This document shows positions 9,298 to 18,020 of a stretch of 64,000 bases of DNA, in pieces (the first letter of the stretch is position 1; each line of letters begins with the position of its first letter). This DNA is from Sulfurovum sp. (lineage in GTDB: Bacteria; Campylobacterota; Campylobacteria; Campylobacterales; Sulfurovaceae), in assembly GCA_020525365.1 (NCBI GenBank), contig JAIZOF010000001.1, positions 889,456 through 953,455 of the forward strand, read 5' to 3'. The translations under genes were made by a program, and so were the position numbers. The notes under the pieces are model-generated. The model had not been told where the DNA came from. It was given only the letters and a program-made list of their open reading frames with translations, and ran no database searches.

Positions 9298-9864
9298 TTA
9301 GGGATTAGCAGTCTCCTCTTCAACTTCATTGGAAATACAGACATGCTTACCATTTTTACTAATAACTTTACACCATCCTGTATCTCCTGTATCATATCTT
9401 CCTACGCCAAATGGCACAACAAAACTATAAAAAAATCCAGAAGAATTTTTAATATCAAGACGTATATAATATAGACCGTCCGTATCAGATGTGGCAGTAA
9501 AATGTAATTGATGGGTACCATTTTGTTTTAGCGTAAACTGCTGTTTGGTGAGACTAAGTTGAAGTGTTCCTGTAGTAGATAGGTCTTCATCAATCTGAAG
9601 TTCAACCGTCATGTTTTCTTCTGTATTTTTTTCTATATAAAAATTGGGAAAAATTTGAATATCAATATTGCCATACATACCTGGTTTTGTAGAAGCTGGT
9701 ACTGTATAGTTAATATAGATAGGCGTATTCATTTTTGTATTGGTGCTCATGGCAATCATGCCATTTCTATTATTCGAGGAATTATCCATATTTCCACATG
9801 CAGATGAAAATAGTATAAACAACAAGAATAGTGTGCGTATGATATATGTGGTTGAAAGTAACAT
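9298..9864 (-). CDS. Paralog 2 of the lipoprotein family, with a divergent Cys-bracketed C-terminus
   Basis: 188 aa with lipobox LFSSAC-GN and the same conserved core. The C-terminus is ...GWCKVISKNGKHVCISNEVEEETANP instead of the ERDYRDNPIS tail. Confidence 0.7.
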   Translation of the reverse strand: MLLSTTYIIRTLFLLFILFSSACGNMDNSSNNRNGMIAMSTNTKMNTPIYINYTVPASTKPGMYGNIDIQIFPNFYIEKNTEENMTVELQIDEDLSTTGTLQLSLTKQQFTLKQNGTHQLHFTATSDTDGLYYIRLDIKNSSGFFYSFVVPFGVGRYDTGDTGWCKVISKNGKHVCISNEVEEETANP

Positions 9865-9945
9865 AAAGTAATCCTTTATTATAAATTGTTAAGTTACTAT
9901 ACTGTGTTCAATTTTCTTGACATTGACTAGTAACCTTTTTAAAAA

Positions 9946-10494
9946 TCAAAATGTAGTACCCGCTTGGTCGATAATCTTCTCTTCGGCATTAGAGCTTGAG
10001 ATGGGATTATCACGATAGTCTCTTTCAAGCGGTGCTTTATTTGATGGACCATCTCCTGAAATGATTGGTACGGCAAAGGACATAAAACCTTGATTTTTAA
10101 TTTTAGCAAGAAGGTGAATATGATGTAAAGCATTTCTGTCACTCGAAGGATCAACAATAATATTAAAATGTAGCTTATAAACACGATTTGGATTCAATGT
10201 AAAATATTGTTTAGGTTGAAATGTTCCTGAAATAAATAGACCTTCATCAAGTGAGATATCAACTACCATATTCCCATCTGTAATCTCGGTAAAAAGTTGA
10301 ATATCAACATCGACTCGCATACCTGGTTCTATGGGATTTGATAGTGCATAGGTGATATCAATAGGTGTACCAGTTTTATGGTAGGTGCCTATGGTGGTAC
10401 CTGTTATTGTTTTGGGTGTATATATTTTTTCTAGAAATGCCACAAGCATGAAAGTGCCTACAATCATCCCTAATGCAATTAGTTTTTGTTTCAT
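9946..10494 (-). CDS. Paralog 3 of the family, with a signal anchor or peptide but no lipobox Cys
   Basis: 182 aa. It starts 14 nt downstream of the protease stop and has a GGAG SD. It has the conserved core and a C-terminal tail ERDYRDNPISSSNAEEKIID nearly identical to paralog 1. Confidence 0.7.
   Translation of the reverse strand: MKQKLIALGMIVGTFMLVAFLEKIYTPKTITGTTIGTYHKTGTPIDITYALSNPIEPGMRVDVDIQLFTEITDGNMVVDISLDEGLFISGTFQPKQYFTLNPNRVYKLHFNIIVDPSSDRNALHHIHLLAKIKNQGFMSFAVPIISGDGPSNKAPLERDYRDNPISSSNAEEKIIDQAGTTF
9997..10026 (-). repeat. Partner copy of the 30-nt conserved tail segment at 8678..8707
   Basis: See the partner entry. Coordinates were derived from codon arithmetic on the track ORFs. 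Confidence 0.8.
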
Positions 10495-10508
10495 AATTTC
10501 TCCATTTT

Positions 10509-12119
10509 TTATCGTATAGTAATATTATATGTTCCGCTTGAAGGATTGTAATAGTGTCCTAGGTCTATAAGATAACTACCTCGTTTAAAAAAGTGTTCAA
10601 TACGTACTTGACTTGAAGAGCTTGTTTTTCCGACTATATATTTGAGCGAAGGTGTTATTTGGTAAAGGGTAATACCTAGACTATCACGATTTGAACCGTT
10701 GACCGTAATAGTATAATTACCATTTGTATTAATTTTGAATCGTATATAGCGACGGTTACCAAGTTTATTAGGGGTGCCATAACTTATACTAGTAGATACC
10801 CCCCTTGCACTTTGGTTATGCGATGATCCAGTAGTTTTGGTATAAGGATAACTGTTTTTATGATTGGTACGCTTGGCACCATCAAGACCACCAAAAATAT
10901 CAGTAATGCGTGCAATACTTTCATGTCTAACAATAGTATCAATGGCAGTTGCATCATCAGGTCTGGCTTTCTTGAGCAAGGTAATAAAAGAGAAGATACT
11001 AGTGAATGCGCCAACATTTTTTTCTGCCCCTGTCATCACTTGATGAATTGGACCAAACCCTAAAGAAAGTGTATCAAACGATTCGTCGGTGCCACTGTCA
11101 TATAAGTCATAAAGAATACCTTGTATTGAACTTTCGTTGAACCATCCAGGGTTTCTTATTGAGCTACGATCAATATTTACACTAAAGCCTCTTGATTGTT
11201 GTGATCCTGATGTATCATAGTAAACTGGGTCATTTAGAGCCATAGCAGAAAAGGCATTGCCCCATCCTTCACCAAAAGCAAGACGAATATCTAACATCTG
11301 TCCAAAACCATGACTACCCCCAATACTATCAGAACGAGAGAATTGATCTTCATAATAGTGTCCCCACTCATGGGCAATGACATGATCATCGTATTCATCT
11401 GTATCGTGATCGGCATCTCCAAGAATATATAGTTGACCACCATAATAAGAAGAAGTACCAATCTGACCAAGACTAATGGATCCCGAAGCTGCAACATTAT
11501 TTACAGACCAATTTACTTTCAAAAAAGGGAATGATATTGTTGGGTCGGCAGAAAGTACAAGTTGCATACAAGTATAAATAGTATCAAGCATAGCAAAAGG
11601 TGCTGCAGCTCTTTTTGAACTGTAGCTGTCTCCATCCCACCCTGAAGGGATATTTAGATTTCTTATTTGAGATGATGTTCCAATATGAGCCAATGAACCA
11701 TCTGAGACATAAAGTGCATCACCTCTGGTGTTATCCACAACCTGAACATGCCAATTTTGTTGGTAATTTTTGTATAGTTTTGCCAATACACGCACCTTAA
11801 TATCAGTATTTTCAGGCACTGTCGCACTATATCTTCCATTATTATCAGTTATGGTTGTTGCAACAGGTCGACCTTCTTTATTAAGGAGCTGTACAACAGT
11901 ACCACGCACTGGTTTTCGGGATATATTGTCATAATCAAGCCCTCTGGCTGACCCTGGTACAAAATCATAGGTAACTGTACCACTGATTTCTACTACAGGA
12001 CCTTTATTATCTTGGTTTTGAGGAGTCTTGGTTTCATTAATCCCTTCTCCACATGCAGATAAAAAGAATATAAGTAATGAGAAAACTATATATATGTTAT
12101 ATTTTACGTTAAATGGCAT
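10509..12119 (-). CDS. Lipoprotein zinc metalloprotease (gluzincin-like HExxH...E), with an N-terminal CarboxypepD_reg-like beta-sandwich and a C-terminal PPC-like beta domain
   Basis: 536 aa with lipobox FFLSAC-GE. VRGTVVQLLNKEGRPVATTITDNNGRYSATV resembles a carboxypeptidase-regulatory fold. HVIAHEWGHYY (HEWGH at nt 11358..11372) is followed 29 residues later by FGEGWGNAF. The C-terminal ~100 aa resemble a pre-peptidase C-terminal domain. Confidence 0.7.
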   Translation of the reverse strand: MPFNVKYNIYIVFSLLIFFLSACGEGINETKTPQNQDNKGPVVEISGTVTYDFVPGSARGLDYDNISRKPVRGTVVQLLNKEGRPVATTITDNNGRYSATVPENTDIKVRVLAKLYKNYQQNWHVQVVDNTRGDALYVSDGSLAHIGTSSQIRNLNIPSGWDGDSYSSKRAAAPFAMLDTIYTCMQLVLSADPTISFPFLKVNWSVNNVAASGSISLGQIGTSSYYGGQLYILGDADHDTDEYDDHVIAHEWGHYYEDQFSRSDSIGGSHGFGQMLDIRLAFGEGWGNAFSAMALNDPVYYDTSGSQQSRGFSVNIDRSSIRNPGWFNESSIQGILYDLYDSGTDESFDTLSLGFGPIHQVMTGAEKNVGAFTSIFSFITLLKKARPDDATAIDTIVRHESIARITDIFGGLDGAKRTNHKNSYPYTKTTGSSHNQSARGVSTSISYGTPNKLGNRRYIRFKINTNGNYTITVNGSNRDSLGITLYQITPSLKYIVGKTSSSSQVRIEHFFKRGSYLIDLGHYYNPSSGTYNITIR

Positions 12120-12270
12120 ATAAATATCCTTGTTATTACAATTAAATATAAAAACTATACTAGCTTTATCATAAAAATTTAATTAAAAAAGTGTAATATG
12201 ATTATTCAATTATAAAATATAAATAGATAGCACGGGATATAGATTTATCAAAAAACTATTGATAATATAT

Positions 12271-12276
12271 TATAAT
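12271..12276 (+). promoter_or_regulatory. Candidate -10 box (TATAAT) 6 nt upstream of the ATPase ATG; possible leaderless or very short-leader transcript
   Basis: tataat-ttggtt-ATG. There is no purine-rich SD before ATG 12283 or before TTG 12259. Confidence 0.25.
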
Positions 12277-12282
12277 TTGGTT

Positions 12283-13902
12283 ATGAAAACAGTAATTTTA
12301 GAGATACAAGATTTGTCTCTTGGTACCAAAAATAGAAGTATAGTCTCCCATGTTTCTTTACAGGCTAGACAAGGAGAGGTTTTTGCACTTATTGGAGAAA
12401 GTGGTAGTGGAAAATCACTTACCTCTTTGGCAATCATGCGGCTACTGCCACAAGCAATAAAAGTTTTAGGTGGAGATGTGTTACTTGGAGGTAAATCACT
12501 TTTTGCATTGCCCGAATATGCGATGCAAAAAATACGTGGAAAACATATTGCAATGATTTTTCAAGAACCAATGTCAGCACTCAATCCAGTGATAACCATT
12601 GGAGAGCAGGTGGCGGAAGTACTCAAATTACATTTAAGGCTCAGTAGCAAGGAGGCAAAAGAGCGGGTAATCTCACTTTTTGAAGAGGTAGCATTGCCTG
12701 ACGCTACAAAACGATATGACTGGTATCCTCATCAGCTTTCTGGTGGACAGAAACAGCGGGTAATGATTGCTATGGCACTAGCATGTGAGCCAGAGTTGCT
12801 TATTGCCGATGAACCAACCACTGCACTTGATGTGACTACACAAGCACAAATACTTTCTCTTTTGAACAAGATTAAAAAAGAGCGTCAACTTTCTATGATT
12901 TTTATTACCCACGATATGGCAGTGGTTGCACAAGTAGCAGATAGGATTGCAGTAATGCATGGTGGAGAGATTGTTGAAGAGGCAGACCGTGAGCACTTTT
13001 TTTCCTCCCCAGTGCACCCTTATACAAAAAAGCTACTACAAGATACAATAGGAGAAAAAGAAAGCAGGGAGTATGGAGTAGGAGAGAGGCTGCTTAAAAT
13101 CAATAATCTTAAGGTCTATTTTCCTATTAAAAAAGGATTTTTTCAGCGTACAACTAGGTATATTAAGGCGGTAGATAGAGTGACACTTGCTATTTCTAAA
13201 GGTAAAACTCTTGCACTTGTGGGAGAGTCTGGTAGTGGAAAGAGTACTTTGGGACAGGCAATTCTTTCTCTGGTACCAATTACTGCAGGCTGTATCCATT
13301 ACAAGGGTATAGATTTAACTATGCTTTCAGATAGAAAGAAGCAACATTACAGACAGAAGATACAGGTAATTTTTCAAGATCCTTTTTCTGCGCTTAACCC
13401 ACGTATGAACATTGCGGAGATACTTAGAGAAGGTATGGAAAGTTTACAAGTTGGTCCTAAAAAGAGAGAAACACAAGATATCTACATGAAGCAACTTTTA
13501 AAATCGGTAGAGATGGATCCCGAGATGATCTATCGTTATCCACATGAATTTTCTGGTGGACAACGACAACGTATTGGTATTGCGAGAGCATTGGCAGTTG
13601 AGCCCGAACTAATTATTTGTGATGAGCCAACCTCTGCACTTGATGTTTCGATACGATTAGAGATACTTTCATTACTAAGAAAGCTTCAGGCTGAAAGGGG
13701 AGTATCGTATCTGTTTATTACTCATGATCTCTCTATTGTCTCCTCTATTGCCGATGAAGTAGCGGTGATGAAGGAGGGGAAGATTGTTGAACAAGGAACA
13801 GTAGATCAGGTGATGCAGAAGCCAAAACATGCTTATACACAGACCTTACTTTCGTCAGTACCGACATTGATACAAAAGAGAAGATATGACCATACTATTT
13901 GA
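12283..13902 (+). CDS. Fused double ABC ATPase (YejF / DppD-DppF-type) of the peptide importer
   Basis: Two complete cassettes. Walker A GESGSGKS occurs twice. Signatures are LSGGQKQR and FSGGQRQR. Walker B motifs are [12 protein letters not shown] and [15 protein letters not shown] 12283 ([13 protein letters not shown]) is preferred over the track TTG at 12259. Confidence 0.9.
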   Translation: MKTVILEIQDLSLGTKNRSIVSHVSLQARQGEVFALIGESGSGKSLTSLAIMRLLPQAIKVLGGDVLLGGKSLFALPEYAMQKIRGKHIAMIFQEPMSALNPVITIGEQVAEVLKLHLRLSSKEAKERVISLFEEVALPDATKRYDWYPHQLSGGQKQRVMIAMALACEPELLIADEPTTALDVTTQAQILSLLNKIKKERQLSMIFITHDMAVVAQVADRIAVMHGGEIVEEADREHFFSSPVHPYTKKLLQDTIGEKESREYGVGERLLKINNLKVYFPIKKGFFQRTTRYIKAVDRVTLAISKGKTLALVGESGSGKSTLGQAILSLVPITAGCIHYKGIDLTMLSDRKKQHYRQKIQVIFQDPFSALNPRMNIAEILREGMESLQVGPKKRETQDIYMKQLLKSVEMDPEMIYRYPHEFSGGQRQRIGIARALAVEPELIICDEPTSALDVSIRLEILSLLRKLQAERGVSYLFITHDLSIVSSIADEVAVMKEGKIVEQGTVDQVMQKPKHAYTQTLLSSVPTLIQKRRYDHTI

Positions 13903-14518
13903 TTTAGATGGTACATTAATTGATTCAACCGAAGCAATATTGGAGAGTTTTGAGGTGGCACTAAGTGCATTTGGTGAAGTGTTACCTGATGAAGCATCTA
14001 TTAAGGCGGAGATAGGGCATCCTCTTGATATAATGTTTCGAACATTGGGTGTCTCAGAAGAAAAGGTATGGGAGCATGTATCTGTTTATAAAGAACACTA
14101 TCAAATGGTTGCCAATACAAAAACAGTGTTGTTGCCTAGTGCACATGAAGCAATTGTGTTGGCAAAATTGCATGCAACACTTGGCATTGTGACAACAAAG
14201 ACAGCAGCATATTCTAAAGAGATGCTAGAGCATATGGGAATCATGCAATACTTTGATTTACTTATTGGTAGAGAGGATGTAACTCACCCCAAACCCCATC
14301 CTGAACCAATTTTAAAAGCTATATCAAAGTTAAATGCTGATAAAAAGAGGTGTTGGATGATTGGTGATACATCCATGGATATTCTTGCAGCAGAGGCAGC
14401 ACAGATACAGAGTATTGCAGTTACATGTGGATATGTTTCGTATAGAGAGTTATCACAATATACATCAAATCTTTCACCAAATGCACTTGAAGCTGTGAAG
14501 ATTATCATCGTATCATAA
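13886..14518 (+). CDS. HAD-superfamily hydrolase (phosphoglycolate phosphatase-like)
   Basis: 210 aa with motif [11 protein letters not shown] and a C-terminal GDTSMD. It overlaps the ATPase gene by 17 nt. Confidence 0.8.
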   Translation: MTILFDLDGTLIDSTEAILESFEVALSAFGEVLPDEASIKAEIGHPLDIMFRTLGVSEEKVWEHVSVYKEHYQMVANTKTVLLPSAHEAIVLAKLHATLGIVTTKTAAYSKEMLEHMGIMQYFDLLIGREDVTHPKPHPEPILKAISKLNADKKRCWMIGDTSMDILAAEAAQIQSIAVTCGYVSYRELSQYTSNLSPNALEAVKIIIVS

Positions 14519-14636
14519 TATGAAGTTAAAAAAAATGTAATTTCAAGCACAATTTAAGAGTGTCATCATTACAATGGGATACATTTAGTATTTTGGGTAT
14601 ATATTCAAACTACTTAACCACGATAGAGGAGAAATC

Positions 14637-15200
14637 ATGATAGAGATCAGATGGCACAGCCGTGCAGGTCAAGGTGCTGTTACCGGTGCAAAGAGTTTGG
14701 GTGATATTGTTGCTACTACAGGCAAAGAGGTTCAGGCTTTTGCACTTTACGGTTCAGCAAAAAGAGGAGCAGCACTGAGAGCATATAATAGGATTGATGA
14801 TAGCCCTATTATTACACACGAGAAGTTTATGTACCCAGACTATGTTTTGATTATAGATCCAGCACTGGCAATGACAGATGATATTACTATGAATGATAAA
14901 GAGACGACAAAATACATTATTACGACACACATGAGTAAAGAAGATGTCATAAAAGAGATTCCTGCACTTCAGGGCAAGGAGGCGAGAGTATTTGTTGTAG
15001 ATTGTATTCAGATTTCTCTTGATACAATTGGAAGATCTATTCCAAATGCCCCAATGCTTGGTGCATTTGTTAAGATTTCTGGAATGTTTGAATTGGACTA
15101 TTTTCTTGAGAATATGAAGAGGGTTCTTTCAAAATTTCCACAGAAGATTATTGATGGAAATATGCAAGCAATCACTAGAGCGTATAACGAAGTTAAGTAG
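14637..15200 (+). CDS. porC: Pyruvate:ferredoxin (flavodoxin) oxidoreductase gamma subunit
   Basis: 187 aa. IRWHSRAGQGAVTGAKSL is typical of the POR/KOR gamma subunit. It is first in a gamma-delta-alpha-beta operon, as in Helicobacter porCDAB. Confidence 0.85.
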   Translation: MIEIRWHSRAGQGAVTGAKSLGDIVATTGKEVQAFALYGSAKRGAALRAYNRIDDSPIITHEKFMYPDYVLIIDPALAMTDDITMNDKETTKYIITTHMSKEDVIKEIPALQGKEARVFVVDCIQISLDTIGRSIPNAPMLGAFVKISGMFELDYFLENMKRVLSKFPQKIIDGNMQAITRAYNEVK

Positions 15201-15211
15201 GAGAAGCAATA

Positions 15212-15670
15212 ATGCAAGATTTAAATTTATGTGCAACAGAAAAAAGAGGTCTTCACAAGCTGGAAGCTGGTAAAAACTTAATAGGATGGGATGAGGTAGT
15301 ACAGGGAAGCGTTCTTACTTCGTTTGAGGGAGATGCTTCTAGCGTTGCCCATCTAAAACAAGAAGAGAGAGACTATTCACACTTTAACTCTTACACAGCG
15401 ACAGTTGCTTCGTGGAGAGTGAAAAAGCCAGTATTTAATATTGATGTTTGTATTGATTGTCAGAACTGTTGGGTTTGGTGTCCAGACTCTTCAATTATCT
15501 CTAGAGATAAGCAGATGCTTGGAATTGATTATGACCACTGCAAAGGATGCGAAGTATGCGTAGAGGTATGTCCAACTAACCCAAAATCGCTTTTAATGTT
15601 TAGTGAGCAAGAAGACCTTGAGAACGCGCTATCTCAGTGGCCAGAAAAAAAGAAAAAAGAAAAGAAATAA
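15212..15670 (+). CDS. porD: Pyruvate:ferredoxin oxidoreductase delta subunit (2x[4Fe-4S])
   Basis: Two ferredoxin motifs, CIDCQNCWVWCP and CKGCEVCVEVCP. It ends in a Lys-rich tail. Confidence 0.85.
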   Translation: MQDLNLCATEKRGLHKLEAGKNLIGWDEVVQGSVLTSFEGDASSVAHLKQEERDYSHFNSYTATVASWRVKKPVFNIDVCIDCQNCWVWCPDSSIISRDKQMLGIDYDHCKGCEVCVEVCPTNPKSLLMFSEQEDLENALSQWPEKKKKEKK

Positions 15671-15679
15671 GGGACTGTT

Positions 15680-16912
15680 ATGGCAGAAAAATTTGATTTA
15701 CAAGAGAGAGAAGTTTGGGATGGGAACTATGCTGCTTCTCAAGCAATGAGACAAGCAAAGGTTGACGTAATGGCTGCCTATCCCATTACACCATCTACAC
15801 CGATTGTTGAAAACTATGGAGCCTATGTAGCTAATGGTTATATTGATGGCGAATTTGTTATGGTAGAGTCTGAGCATGCGGCAATGTCTGCATGTGTTGG
15901 TGCGTCTGCAGCAGGCGGTCGTGTGGCAACTGCAACCTCTTCACAAGGATTTGCATTGATGGTAGAGGTATTGTATCAAGCATCAGGCATGAGATTACCT
16001 ATTGTACTGAATGTTGTTAACCGAGCATTGGCCTCTCCGCTAAATGTACGAGGTGATCATGCTGATATGTATTTGGGATTGGATGCAGGGTGGATACAGT
16101 TTGGTGCCTTTAATGCTCAAGAGGCCTATGACCTCGCACTTTGTGCATTCAAGATTGGAGAGAATCACGATGTAAGACTTCCTGTTATGGTACATCAAGA
16201 TGGGTTTATTACTTCTCATACAGCACAAAATGTTTATCCACTTACAGACAAAGTTGCTTACAGTTTTGTAGGTGATATTGATCCAGTAGATGATATGTTG
16301 GATTTTTCCAGACCAGTTACATATGGTGCACAGACAGAAGAAGATTGGCACTTTGAACACAAGGCAAAACAACATAAAGCAATTATAGACTCCGTTCCTG
16401 TTATTGAAGAGGTATTTTCTGAATTTGAAAAAATAAGTGGTAGAAAATATAAACGTGTAGAGAGTTACATGATGGAAGATGCTGAGGTAGCAATTGTAGC
16501 ACTTGGTACGACAGTAGAAACTTCTCGAGTGGCTGCAATGAAAATGAGAGAGCAAGGGATAAAGGCAGGTGTTGTTGCACCAAGGGTCTTTAGACCATTT
16601 CCATTTAATCTCATTAGGGAGGCACTTGAAAATGTAAAATCAGTTGCAGTACTGGACCGCTCAAGTCCAGGTGGTGCGATGGGCGCACTCTTTAACGAAA
16701 TATCTGCAGCACTTTATACAACACCAAAAAGACCACTTGTAACTAACTATATTTATGGTCTTGGTGGACGTGACTTTGCTGTTCAGGATGCGATTGACAT
16801 CTATCACGATCAGAAAGCAAATGCCGATGTGGGTCATATTACAACAGATATTCAGCAGTTCTCGGGTCTTAGGGGTCCGAAGCTTGGATTTTTTCAGACT
16901 AAAAGGAGTTAA
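15680..16912 (+). CDS. porA: Pyruvate:ferredoxin oxidoreductase alpha subunit
   Basis: 410 aa. N-terminal GNYAASQAMRQAKVDVMAAYPITPST is typical of POR alpha. Confidence 0.9.
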   Translation: MAEKFDLQEREVWDGNYAASQAMRQAKVDVMAAYPITPSTPIVENYGAYVANGYIDGEFVMVESEHAAMSACVGASAAGGRVATATSSQGFALMVEVLYQASGMRLPIVLNVVNRALASPLNVRGDHADMYLGLDAGWIQFGAFNAQEAYDLALCAFKIGENHDVRLPVMVHQDGFITSHTAQNVYPLTDKVAYSFVGDIDPVDDMLDFSRPVTYGAQTEEDWHFEHKAKQHKAIIDSVPVIEEVFSEFEKISGRKYKRVESYMMEDAEVAIVALGTTVETSRVAAMKMREQGIKAGVVAPRVFRPFPFNLIREALENVKSVAVLDRSSPGGAMGALFNEISAALYTTPKRPLVTNYIYGLGGRDFAVQDAIDIYHDQKANADVGHITTDIQQFSGLRGPKLGFFQTKRS

Positions 16913-17865
16913 TGATGGCAATTACATCAGTTAAAAACCTAAAAGAATTTTCAACAGCAAATGATCGTTTTGAGGGAGCACATACACTCTGCCCTGGGTG
17001 TGCACACTCCATGATTGTAAGAGAGCTTATGAATTGTACCGATGATAATTTAGTTGTAACAGCCAATACAGGATGCCTTGAAGTTTCAACTGCGGTCTAT
17101 CCGTTTACTTCATGGGATACTTCATGGATACATATTGGATTTGAAAATGCTGCATCTGCTGCTAGTGGTGCAGAAGCAATGTATAAAGCACGTAAGAAAA
17201 GAGGTACCCTTAAAGATGATAAGCCAGTTAAGTTTGTATCTTTTGGTGGCGATGGTTCAACCTATGATATTGGTTTTCAGTGGATGTCTGGTGCATTTGA
17301 AAGAGGACATGACTTCACCTATATCTGTCTTGACAACGAGAACTATGCAAATACTGGAGGACAACGATCTTCTGCAACACCGATTGGTGCAACTACTTCT
17401 ACTGCACAAGCAGGTTCACACTCTTATGGTAAGAAAGAAAAGAAGAAAGATATTGTAGCAATCATGGCAGCACATGGTGCACCATATGTTGCACAGCTTG
17501 CTCCAAATAAGTGGAAGTCTATGGCAAAAGGGTTTCAGAAAGCACTTGAAACTGAAGGACCATGTTTTATTAATACAGTTTCCCCATGTTGTACTGAGTG
17601 GCGTTTTGATCCAAAAGATACTATCAATATCACTGATTTAGCAACAGATTCTTTAATGTTCCCAATCTATGAGATTGTTGATGGTCATGAATTAAATATT
17701 CTCTATAGACCAAAAAATATTCTCAAAGTTGAGGATTACCTTGCAGCTCAGGGGCGCTACAAACATCTCTTTAAGCCTGAGTATAGACATGTTATTGATG
17801 AGATTCAGAAAAATATTGATGAGTATTGGGAGATGCTACAGCGAAGAGAAGAGGCACGCATATAA
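16912..17865 (+). CDS. porB: Pyruvate:ferredoxin oxidoreductase beta subunit (TPP-binding)
   Basis: 317 aa. CPGCAH near the N-terminus and the TPP motif FGGDGSTYDIGFQ...NENYANTGGQ. Confidence 0.9.
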   Translation: MMAITSVKNLKEFSTANDRFEGAHTLCPGCAHSMIVRELMNCTDDNLVVTANTGCLEVSTAVYPFTSWDTSWIHIGFENAASAASGAEAMYKARKKRGTLKDDKPVKFVSFGGDGSTYDIGFQWMSGAFERGHDFTYICLDNENYANTGGQRSSATPIGATTSTAQAGSHSYGKKEKKKDIVAIMAAHGAPYVAQLAPNKWKSMAKGFQKALETEGPCFINTVSPCCTEWRFDPKDTINITDLATDSLMFPIYEIVDGHELNILYRPKNILKVEDYLAAQGRYKHLFKPEYRHVIDEIQKNIDEYWEMLQRREEARI

Positions 17866-18020
17866 AAGTTAGTTTCAAATAACCTCTCTTTGCATCGATC
17901 GACTTTGTACTATTTTTGGTCATATACCAATAGGTTACTCTTGTATTTATGTCGATCGAATCAATCTTCATTCTCCATTTTTCTATCATTCATTTAAAAA
18001 ATTATCAAAAAGGAAATATT

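Noticed and set aside
9939-10184. 81-aa ORF on the minus strand overlapping paralog 3
   Set aside because: It is out of frame with a clearly conserved paralog gene and has no independent signals. It arises partly because the 3' region is duplicated.
16040-16555. 171-aa antisense ORF inside porA, and the 126-aa out-of-frame ORF 17078..17458 inside porB
   Set aside because: Both are fully embedded in strongly recognisable POR subunit genes. Their translations are low-complexity with no motifs.
17949-18020. Upstream extensions of track ORFs, for example luxS from 17949, mnmG from 20321, mnmE from 62147, fabD from 51316, ppa from 36475 and ftsX from 45993
   Set aside because: In each case an internal ATG with a good SD yields the canonical N-terminus of the family. 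The extensions are simply the longest open frame.
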